From Balanoglossus misakiensis (Eukaryota > Animalia > Hemichordata): 64,000 bases of DNA. Below, piece by piece: positions 49,147 to 60,800 of this stretch (the first letter of the stretch is position 1; each line of letters begins with the position of its first letter). Made by a program: the position numbers and the translations under genes. Under the pieces are notes generated by a model that saw only the letters and a list, made by a program, of their open reading frames with translations, did no database searches and was not told the origin of the DNA. The stretch covers positions 4,526,305 to 4,590,304 of the forward strand of contig CM082577.2 of NCBI GenBank assembly GCA_040954595.2, in the 5' to 3' direction.

Positions 49147-51173
49147 TTAATCGACCAGGGCCTTGACAGATTTGAATGCATCGTGGTCTTCGCATAAACG
49201 GAGCCACGTCTTGACATTGCTGGACGCTGCATGGGCTTGACCTGTCTGGTAGACGGCTGACCATGTGACTACATCGGCCAACGACAGCGAGGACCCCACC
49301 AGCCATTGGTTTTTCCCCAGGTGAGAATTCAGCGCCCTCATGGCTGACGCTTTCTCCTTGCCCGACCCTCCGATGAGAGTGTGGGTCGCTAGATCCAGCC
49401 ACATATCAATCTGGGAGGCTAACTCGGCATTGCACTCGTATGACGGGTCGAGAAGACGAGCGAAATATCGGGCAATGTTGGCTTCTCCATGTATCGGCGT
49501 CTGGGATATTGGTGAAACATTCATTTCTGGGCCTTTCGACACTGCAACAGAAAAAGCGTCCAATGACAATTGAATTAGCATACGATTGTTCACCTAGCCT
49601 TTTGCCAAAGCGCCCTCTGTGGCCAGACTGGACACAAATTTCTGCTCCAACAGGAAGAGCATTCCAATATGGCAGCCAACACTGCAACTTCTCATGGATA
49701 CATTCTGTATCATGCTTTTCTGATTTTCAGGGCATTTACGTGTCTGAGTCAATGTGTGTCTGAACTCAACATGATATGATAGGGATCTTTCTTTGATCTC
49801 TTCCTTCGGATAGTAAACTCCGTATTTTACTAATAAGCCACACGTGCCTAAACAATAACATGCACACACTTTCCATGCATAACTTACCGTTTTTCCATAT
49901 AAGAGTAAATGCTAACTGAGCATTGCATCTGTCAGTGTCAGCCGATGACCCATTTAACAGACAACCCATGAGTTTGTCACTGACGTTTTCAACCGATGAA
50001 TGCACGTGGACCGACGTACAGGTACGTGCTCTGGGAGTCAGTAGTTGATGAAGTACAAAAACACTGAGAGGTGGGTTTTCAGGGTTGGCGTTGATGACCA
50101 CATCATGAAGGGTGTCATCCTGTGGAAGGGGGCACAAGACATTGACAAATTTACATACAATTTAGCTATTCATTTAATGACAGTGGCACTTAAACTGCAT
50201 AGAAGATGATCAAAACAGCAAAATAAATGTGTCACAGAAATTAGTTTTACAAGAGAAGTGTGTACAGAGTAAAAACTTACCAATGCTATTGTGCTGGTAG
50301 ATGGCGATGACACCACCGACGATGCCCTCGCTTGTGATTTGTGTGACAGGGTTTCAACTTCAGATTGTAATTTCTCTAATTTCTGCAATATTCGTTCCTG
50401 TCTTCTCTCCAGGGCAACCAATGGGTCGTCCTAAGAGGGACGAAATTGCAAAATGTTTAACTGAAGCATTTTTTAAATAAATCAAATTGGAGTTACTGTG
50501 AAGGCGTAAATTGGTGTTTTATACAAAGAACTGACCATGAATCGGGGAGACATCTCCTATTGCCCTAACCATCATGCAAAGCTCAGGTGCATCCACAGAA
50601 GCAAATGAGACATCACATTGGATTGGATGCATTGATTTAGAGAATACAATGAAAATTGAAATGATGCAATTTATCAGGAACACTAAACCAGATGGCATGA
50701 TCTCTGCATATCCTGAGTGTCCATGACACATGTAAACCCAGTGGTTTTACCATTCACCTCGAGCTACGGTTCTGCATCCAAGTGCAATCGTGTACCTCGC
50801 TGGGGACAGTGACTAACTGTAGCATATTGATCATAAACATCATGCACTCATTATAACTCATCATATCGACCACCAAACTGTCACATTATCATAAAAGGCG
50901 ACACAGTTCCTATATCTACAGATCCAGACACAGTATACGCCGCATTTGCGTCTGCAAGGCACTGCACTATGGAGTCTGAGCTCAGCATGGTACACGCAAT
51001 ACGTTGCAACTTGCAAGCGCCGGTGCCCTTACCTCATCTACAACGCTCGCCGCTAACTCCGTATGTCGGTTGTCTGGATGGATGTTAGACATTTTATATA
51101 TACAGTTGGGGAGTTGTAAATCAATTTTCTTGTCGTAGACGGACTCAAGTTTATACATTCCGATATTATTCAT
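49147..51173 (-). CDS. AIMP2: Aminoacyl-tRNA synthetase complex-interacting multifunctional protein 2 (p38/JTV1)
   Basis: Exons 51173-51033, 50430-50281, 50119-49888, 49541-49147. MYKL..LPNCIYKMSNIH, coiled coil LERRQERILQKLEKLQSEV, DVVINANPENPPLS, FTLIWK, PIHGEANIARYFARL, GST-C-like NQWLVGSSLSLADVVTWS. Start may be 51158. Confidence 0.93.
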
Positions 51174-51894
51174 GATGCGAAGAAAAACCCGTCAACACAT
51201 GCCGCACCGATCATTCAGCAGCCCGGTCGGTCAGCCGCAAAAAGGACAGAACTTTACGAAGTCTCGCGGCTATCCCAACGAGATCATCTTCAATACGAGA
51301 ATTAGAATGTGTCAAATGAATCTCAGAGAGCAGTTGCTATTGGCCGCTGAGGGCTTGTTTACAGACAATAGTTCAATGTTATCAACGATATCCACGACCA
51401 CTTGCTTGCAATTTTTCAATTTATTGTCCAATCTCAGTAATTCCATCACATAAGCTTTTTTCGTTCCACGTCAAATAACGTTGCAATCAAAATTTATCAG
51501 GCAATGGATGATGTCAATTTTCCCATGTAACCAATCAACTCACTCGTTATGAAAAATAGTGAAACGAAAATCGTGCTTGGATTCAGTCAGATGTCGCCAT
51601 TCCTCGAATGATCGTTAACTATTTCAGAAATAGTCTTGATTCGGTTCACCGCACAGACCAGGAATCAAGCAATAAGCATGTGCCCCAAGAAAGAATTACC
51701 TGGCAATATGTTTACGCACTGGTCACGTGACCATACAGGCGCTTGAAAATGGCGGACATCAAAATTCAACATGGAGGCTAAAAATAGAAGTGCCGAAATC
51801 CCGCTATCCCGTGAATGAGTGAGGTCAGATTCTTCAACATCCGGTAGATGAACCATTTTCCTTGGCATTTGTGCACAGATATTGGCATTTCAAA
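51174..51894. promoter_or_regulatory. Putative bidirectional promoter, AIMP2 / BPTF
   Basis: Divergent ATGs 722 bp apart; perfect palindrome GGTCACGTGACC 51721-51732 (USF/TFE-type E-box) followed by YY1-type AAAATGGCGG 51746-51755. Confidence 0.7.
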
Positions 51895-54800
51895 ATGAAA
51901 CGTGGACGTGGAAGGCCACCGAAAAATCCCATTGTGCCTCTCGGATTCGGTCCTGGTGCAAAACGCAAGAAAACACTGCGCGATGCGGGAAGTGCATCGA
52001 GTTCACGCTCTAGCACACCGGTAAGTAATATATCGACACCCCCAAGAAGTCGCACACCACGGGAACCGCGATTTGGCACCCGCCAGGCCGCCCAGAAGAG
52101 CAAGAAATTGATTGCTGAGGTCATCGGATGCGAAGATTCACTCGCAAGCAACGACGGCTTGGCGGATGCAAACCATCAGAATGTGGATAATGATTCCGAA
52201 ACGGAATACAGCATAGATAGCTCCGACGCTGAAAGCGTGTATTCTGAAAGTAGTTTTCAGAGCTACAGCACCATCAGTAGCACACCAAGCAGACGGAGAC
52301 TGAGAGCTCCCAGGCCCAGATCACCACCCCTCTTCCACGAAGAAAGGGAAATTCCCCCACTGGAACTTCCATGTTCATCCGACGATCTTTTGATAGATAA
52401 AACACTGCTGTTAACAGTTGTCAGTGTATATGAAACACTCAGACATTTCAGACAACAGTTGAGATTAACAACATTCAGACTGGAGGATTTCTGTGCAGCT
52501 CTGCAAAGCCAAGAACAGTGTGCATTGTTGGCTGAAACCCACATAGCTCTGCTAAAATCATTGCTACGGGAGGAAGATGCAAATAGTACTACGTTTGGGC
52601 CACATGACATCAAAGACAGCATAAATATACAAATGTATTTCTTGGATGGCATGACCTGGCCTGAACTTGTACGTTGTTACATTGAGAGTGATTCAGAATT
52701 CCACCATGTCATACCGGCTGCGGAGAGCGAACACTATCCATATGGCAGCGTGAGTGACAAAATCAAGGTCCTTCAGTTTTTGACAGATCAGTTTCTCAGT
52801 TCAAACATTGTCAGGGAGGAAGTTATCAATGAAGGTGCGATTACCTATGATGATCATTGCCGTAACTGCCACAAGTTGGGGGATTTACTCTGCTGCGAGA
52901 CATGTTCCGCCGTCTACCATTTGGAATGTGTCAATCCGCCGCTGGAAGAGGTACCGGAAGAGGACTGGAATTGTGAGGTTTGCCGAGAGAACCAAGTGTC
53001 TGGTGTAAATGACTGTGTTTCTGAAGTTGAAAAGAGTGGTCTACTAATAAGGCACGAACCAATCGGATACGACCGGCATGGAAGGAAGTATTGGTTCCTC
53101 TGCAGGCGAATTATTGTGTAAGTTCACATCAAGGAAAATTCCTTTTTGGGGTGTTGATGGTGATTGTGGCCAAAGATGGGCTGATAACCTGCAATATCCT
53201 AACTAACTGACATTGACATTGTATTTCAGCCATTCATTCAGTAATTACCGAGATCTCTGTTTACAATGTATGTTGGAGCAGATGTGATGTTGCCACTGGC
53301 TCTAATATATTACGTAAAATGCTGAGTCAGCACTTTTCTTGCACTCTCCATGCTATAGTTTTCCTATTGTGAAAATTTTATGTACAGTAACAGCTCTATA
53401 ACATATTAAATAATTAAATTTAACTTAAATGTCTTTGATAAGGCTTTTGGCACCTTTTGTCAAAATTTTAAGAAAATTACAATATTGCAATTTTTTTCTC
53501 AAAATTCTACACATAAGGTCCATCCTTGGATGATAAACAAGGTTTATGAGCGTGGACACATCCATGGCTTATTTAGGAGAACATACATCTAGATAGTCCC
53601 AGAATAAAAAGAGATAAATTTCCGTGGGAATTTCTAAAAATATCACATCTAACATTGAGAAAAATAGCTGGTACATCACGGATGTGTGATGGTGGAGGGT
53701 TTTCTCACCTGTAACCATGTATTGCTTTGTTTGTTACAGTGAGGGGGAAGAAAATGTGTGGTACTACAGTACCAAGTTTCAGCTGGAAGAATTGATGAAG
53801 TGTCTGGATGCCAGAGATTGGGAGTCTGACCTCTGCCGGGCGCTCGGAGATCAAATGCCGGAAATTGTGGAATATATGAATAAGACGGAGCACTTAACCA
53901 ACCAAGCCAGGGGCAATGTCAGATCCGCCCTGGATGCTGCAAATGGTAGGGCTTTCCTCTTTCTTTGGTGGCATTTCTCAAGAGTTGCAAGAAAGAAAAC
54001 ACAAATATTCTGTTTTAGTGAGTGTCAGAGCTCTGCCCTCTTGTGCATAAATGATAAAAAGAGACATTTTGTTTATATAATTTCAGGCACTTTTTCTTAA
54101 AATTTATGAACACAATTTGAAGACACTGGCAATAATTTATGATTTAACCTTTTTCAACAATGATGGAGTGTGAATTACTTGTCAAGCAAATAGTCACAAT
54201 TTGGTGACATTTAAGCTTTGTTTACATGTTGCTAGAATAACAGTCCTTGCAACCTTTTCTTGCAGAAAAAATACAGAAAGAGAGAATTGAGAGAGAGGAG
54301 AGACAAAAGGCGGAAGAGGAAAAAAGGAAAGAGGAAGAAGAGAGACGAAAACAGGAGAGTGAAGAGAAAGAAAAGGCGGCCTCAAGTCCAAATGATCAGG
54401 CGACAGTTGTTACGAATAGCAATGATACGGAAAAAGAGACAACGGAACGCACAACCTCTGAAGATGACAAAGCGGCAGAGGAAAGATCTGCAGACGCCGA
54501 TTCTAAGACGGAGGAATCGAGTAAAGAGGAGGCGCCCGCTCGAAAGCCGGACAAGGAGACTGAAGGAGATGCTGACCAAGAGAAAACTGAGGCGGACACC
54601 AAAGTGGTCAGCGTCCAGTCGCTCAAGCCAGGCGTTACCAAGAGAATTCTGGACGTGCGGGAGGCCGAGGAGTCCAGCGACGCGAAAAAGTCCAACGATG
54701 ACGACGCGGCTGCCAAAGGCACTCCCGCGACAAAGACCGTCGTGTTCCTCAACAAGGACGGCACCAAACTAACATATGCAATATCGGCCGGCGTCAACAC

Positions 54801-57800
54801 GAAGACGACCACGACGGCGGCGTCGGGCGACGGCGCAAAGAGCCTGTCTTCCACGGCAGAGTCTAAAGGCAGCTCGAAGAGCGACGGGAAAGAACCGGAA
54901 AAGAAAGAAGAAGGTGGCAAAGAGGCGAAGACTGAGGAGGAAGGTGGCAAATCGGACGACAAAGGCAAGAGCTCGCCGCCAACATCGGGCATAATGACGA
55001 GATCGCGAAACCCCAATTACAAGCCGCCGCCACCGAAGACTACGTCGTTTATCACGTATTCGTCTTCCTCGAAGTCGGTGAAAACGTACCCGGGAATCAC
55101 AACCGCCGGCAAGGCCACCACCACCACCACGGCAGGCAACAACGACACCATCCTGGTCATCAACGCGCAGGGCGAAATCACGCGCGTCAACACCACCAAG
55201 AACGCGGACGGCACCCTGACCATCAACGCCAAGAACGCCGAGCTGTTCGCCAAGAACCAGCAGGTGTTCAAGCTGGGCATGGAGGGCAACTACAAGCTGT
55301 ACAAGAACTTCTACGCCACCATGACGCTGGGGCTCAACAAGCCGCAGCACAACGAGGACCGGGACAAGCGGCGCCACCTGTCGCACAAGTTCAGCCTGAC
55401 GCAGCTCAGCGAGTTCAAGTGGAACGGCACGGTGTACGGCTCGCGGGTGCTGACCGTCTCCACGCTGCGGCTCAGCATCACGCAGCTGGAGAGCAACATC
55501 GCCGCCCCGTTCCTGCACTCCAACTGGGTGGTGCACCGCAACAACTGGGTCAAGGCGGTGCACATGTGCAGCACGCCCCGGGAGTTCGCCCTGGCTCTGG
55601 CCATTCTGGAGTCGGCCATCAAGCCGGTCATCTTCAACTCTGTCTGGAACGAAAACCTCGGCCACACCAGGATGCAGCGCCTGACGGTCATGGAAAGAGA
55701 AGAGAAGAAGAAGGCAGAGAAGAAGGGTCAAGACGACACGGAGATCGACCGAAGTCACTGGGTCAGATATACTTTCCCGTTGAGACATCAGGTAAAGTAC
55801 ACCTCAGTCAAGACACTTAAATATATGTATGCGTACCCTGTGCATCCCCTAAGACAATCCGACTTGTTACTGATGGAAAAAATCTTAATTGCCAAGTTTT
55901 CCTCTCTAATTTTTGTCCTCATCAGGTGTGGAAGCAGAAAGGAGAAGAATACCGTTACCTGAGCGGTGACGGTTGGCGATGGACAAGTTCGGTCAGAAGG
56001 AAACGAACTCTGCCAACACCAAGCCCTGCCAAAATTGCCCTGGACAAAAGCATTGCTAAATCCAGTGATAAAAGCGTTACTAAATCCAGCGATAAAAGCA
56101 CAGCTCAATCCAACCATCCCAAGTATCAAAATGGTAAGTGTGGTACTTGCTGAGTCGTGCCTCCCAATGTTGTGTTTTGTGTTGCCTAGGGGCTCCCTGG
56201 GTAAAGGTTTCCGTTTTTTAACTTTGCAGAGCGGCAAGTTAGTTGCTAAGTGTTTCCATGTACTGTGGCATTCACCCTTCGTTTCTTATTGTCATCTCCC
56301 CCACAGTGTTTGAAATGTTTACTGGCATCGATAAAGCATCAGCAGACACCAAGGATGCGATCGTGAAGAAGGAAGACGCAGGGGAAGTCAAATCAGAGAA
56401 GGAAAATACAGACGAACCTGTAACCAAGAAGGCCAAGGTGGAAGGCGACAAAGAGAAGGAGGCCATGGACGCAGCGCTGGTGAAAACGGAGAAAAGCGAA
56501 GTGGAAGGGGTCGAGGTGAAAAAGGAGAAGAAAGAGCCGAAAGCAGAGCCGGTAGAAGTCGGTGACAAGGGGAAAGCGATCTCCATAAAAACGGAAGATA
56601 TGGACGACGGCGTCATCATGGTCAGCAAGGGCCTGGCGGAGCACACCGTGTACAAGAGGATCGGGCGGCGGCCGCGCCTGGACGGGTTCCTCGACCGGAG
56701 GTTGAGACAGCACGCCTCGGAGCTGAAGGAGTACGAGGAGAAGATGAAGAAGTACTTGGCGTACACCAAGGCGATGGAGGAGAAGAAGAGGTTGGAGGAA
56801 CAGATCGCAAACGAGAAGAAAAAAGCGGCGGCGGCGGGCAACGGCGGAAAGGGCGCGACTGGGACCGTCCAACACGGCTCGACAGCGGCTGTCAAGAAAG
56901 AACCTGTCGACGGAACTAATCCGGCCACCACAGTCAAGAAAGAAACTACGCCAGTTGCCATCATGAACGGACAGAAAGTGAAACGGGAGGCAGGTGATAC
57001 GAAGACATTTACACGGTGTTATTCGCCAATGTGTGAGCAGAGTAGCAAGTCGTTCGCGTGCTACTCGGCCGTGTGCAAAAGCAGACAATGCGACCAAAAG
57101 ACGACTGTGGGTGGCGGGGCGGCGACCGACGCCAAGTGTGTCGTCGCGTCGACAGCGGCAAATTCAAGTGCCATGAACACTTCGAGCAACTCGCTCAATT
57201 CGTGCGGTGTGTCAGCTCCAGGTTGTAACAAAAATAGCATTCCAGCAGACGTGACCGGGACGAGCGCGAGCAAGCTGTCAAACAGCGTTGCCACGACGGC
57301 CGCGCCCTCAAAGCCGTTGATGTCGCCAACTGTTACACCCAAACTGACTCTGACTTCTCAGGTTCCTCCAGGCCCAGCTACGACAACGACAACTCCGTTA
57401 GCAAAGGGCCCATCTGTCAACAGCCAGCCTTCGGTCACAAACACACTGCCTAAAACAGCAGCTTCCCCGATATCTGCATCGCCTAGTAGTCTAAGTATTC
57501 CATCCACTACAAGCCAGCCACCTTCACTGTCCATTCCAAAACCGAACATGAATATACTGATCCCCCACAATGCTCCCAAGGTTGCCTCGACGTCGGTCGT
57601 CACCACCAGCAGTCCTACCGTGATAAGCGGACTCAACGTAGGCCTCGGCAGCAAAGCTATCGTGACCTCGCCTGTCAGCGTCACGGCGGGCTCCACGCCA
57701 TTTACGAATGCACTCACCTTCACTAGTACTAAAACTATCATGCGGACCGTCCCCTCGATAGCGACGACCGCCACTACGGCGACGGGAAACAAAACACTGG

Positions 57801-60800
57801 TGATCACCGGCCAGGGCGGGGCCGCAGCGGCCAAGCTTGTGATCGCCAGCGGCGCCGCGACCATGACTGCGGGCAGAGCGGTCACGGTGTGCACCAACAC
57901 GACCGCCGTCGGCACGGTGACGACCAATGCAATCAGCTCGCTCATGAAGTCGATAAGTACAACACTAGTGCCTGTGGAGCCGCCGGAGAAGATGTCCACC
58001 AAGAAGCGCAGTCGCCTGGCCAGGTTCTCCCGCTCGCGCAAGGCCACCAAGAAACTGGCCAAGCCCCTGCCCACCTGCTGCAAGTTCGCCACCCGGGGCA
58101 AGCTGAAGAGCATCTTCGTGCTGCGCCCGGAGGAGCTGCGGAAGATCTGCCGGAAGGGCGGCCGCTACGAGGTCCCCTCCTTCAACTACAACGCCAAAGT
58201 GACGGGCATGAACTGGAACTACCCGGCGCCGCGGCCCCGATTCCAGACCTCGTGGAGGTACAGGGTTCAGACCATACGCTCGCTGTCGGCCGCCGGTCTG
58301 CTCTTGCGGATTATGTGGGCCAGTTTGCGGTGGGACGACATGGCAGTGAAGCCAGGATTCGGTGGGACGACCACCATCACCACAGATGAAGATATCACCA
58401 CGACAGAGATTATCAAGAAACGAGATGTCCCTCCCGATAATCTGCGCTCAGAGTACATGGTCAGGAAAATTATTTGTCCCATCGGGGGACCAAGCAGAGA
58501 TGGTGAGTCTGGAGGGGTTGACAGAATTCTGTGTGGGTAGTGACGTAGACCTGTTTGTATCTTGTGCATTCAGCAGAATGTCAAGATGAACTTCTACCAT
58601 GTTAAGAAGATGTTTCTAAGCACTATGGATGTATCATAGCAGCATTTTGTAGCGTGAAATAAAACTACACAAACACAATCTATTATGTACTTTGCCTTAC
58701 AGAAGAATACAAACCTCAACGTAAAGGACTGCGATCCAGCTCCAGAACGCCAAAAAGTCTTGTCGAGAAAAAACCTAAAGGACCTCAGGTGATTGAGACG
58801 TGGACTCCAGAAGAGGATCTGGAACTCTGGGAAATCAGGCAGTTTTATGAAAAGTAAGCAAATGGCGTTGTGAATGTTCTGTGTGCTAAAACTGACTTGT
58901 GTGATTGCGAGGGGAGGCTAGACTAGCAACCTGACCTGTCAATCACATTGCGATTTCAGGATGGAGAAGCAACAGCAGATGGCCAAGGAGAAAATTGCCA
59001 AACAGGACGCCGACAAGAAAGTTCAAGAGGTCAAAGATCAGTTTGAGATGCAGCTGAAACTGCAAAGACAGGCAATGCAACAGGTATGTAGCAAAGGAAA
59101 AATTTTGACATGATTGGTTCAGACTGTTGATATTATGTTGGCATGGAAACCTTGTGAATTTTGTATGTGTGGGCAAATTCAATACGGTAGTTTTCACAGG
59201 GTATCAGTATCTGTTGTGCCGTTATAAAAAGTATTCACCACATACGAGTAGGTATCCTCTTTAATATATTGTTCGTACCCAACACAGAAACGTTTACAGC
59301 AAGACACGCCCAAAACCACGGGTGCAGTGGTGTCGTCGACGACCAAATCCACTAACCCTGTCTACACCACCGTGTTGACCCAAGCCAAGTACACCCTGAC
59401 CACGGCCAAAGTGACCGCCACGCCGACCATGACGGTGACCACCATCGGCGTGACCCTTGCCACGGGCACCCTGCCCAGCACTGTGGTCACCACGGCGGCG
59501 AGCGGGGCTGCCACGACGACGATACGCACCATACCTGCCAAGGGCAAGATTGTGCAGCCGCAGATGCAAGCCAAAATAATCACCATGTCGCTGACTGGTA
59601 AGTCCTGGATGTGTAGTTTCGGTCTGTTGTTTATTTTGCCGGACCAGATCTTCTAAGAGGGCTGACTGCTGAATATGGAAGAGGATCTAAAAAAAGGGGG
59701 ATAATCATTACATGATACCAGGATTTTTGTATCAAATTTTTGAATTCCGTTGAAATTATAAATGTTCTCCTAGGACTGTTCGAGAGCATTGGCCATTACC
59801 CTATAAAACTTTCATAGAATACTGCAGAAACTCGTTAACATTGCGGTTAGTTGCATTGTCGTGCCAATTGGCTAATGCTGTATCAGAAATTCTGGGGAGA
59901 AATGCTGAAACCTCCAGTTCAAATGCCATACTTGAGACTGACATGAATTACAATGTTTCAGGCACCACTCCAACTCTTCCAAAACTGAGCACGGCGGGCT
60001 CCAACATATCCGTGGTAACCACCAAGCAGTTCCCGGCATATCAACCCAAGACCGTCATCGCCACAGCCGCTGCGACGCCCAGCTCGTCGACGGTCACGGC
60101 CACCGGCACCACCGTACTGACCGCGGGCAAAACGGGCCAGACCTTGCCCACCGGCACGTTCGTCCTGCGCCAGCCCGTGGCCATCCGCACCCCGAGCGGA
60201 CAGATCCAGGTTCTCCAGCCGGGCCAGATTATACAGACGACCACCGGGCAGGCGCACCTCATCAGGAGCCAAGGGGCGGCCACCCAGAGCCAGCTCCAAG
60301 GTCAGAGGCTGATAGCGCCCAGTCAGATCCAGGTCAGGGGTCAGACGCAAGTGATCCGGGCTGCCACGCCCGCTCAGGCGACCGTTGGGGGCACCACGAC
60401 TGTGCAGAGGTTGATACTGCAGACACCTATTGCTGCAGCTGCGTCAGTTGCTGTCACTGCCCCGACTACAACTCTGGGTATGTTGAATCACTTCTTCTTT
60501 TTTAAGTGTGACTTCGCTGACGTTCGTGAGCCTTGTGAATCACTGGAACAAATTTTTCTCTACATTTTTCAGTCGCAGCAGCATCGCAGCCAACAACGAC
60601 CCAGCTCGCCCAGCCCGCAGTAGTGACAGTGTCGTCATCGCAGGCCCAGACGCTGCAGCAGAAACTACTGGCCTTACAACAGCAACAACAACAACTACAG
60701 CAGCAGCAGCAACAACAACAACAGCAGCAGCAACAACAACAACAAATCAAACAGCAGCAGGTCCAGCAACTGCAGCAGTTGGCGAGCATCCAGGGGAAAG

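Noticed and set aside
49594-49681. Possible cassette exon in AIMP2 intron 3
   Set aside because: Weak splice sites, 88 nt (frame-shifting), would leave a 52-nt intron; the flanking exons already join correctly.
54769-55788. 339-aa antisense ORF and other long minus-strand ORFs over BPTF (54396-55016, 56272-57097, 57358-58113, 60502-61018)
   Set aside because: Shadows of high-GC3 and low-complexity BPTF coding sequence; no independent motifs or gene structure.
59251-59260. GTATCCTCT as a U12 GT-AG donor in BPTF
   Set aside because: Lies inside an ordinary U2 intron, is an imperfect match, and has no associated exon or U12 branch site.
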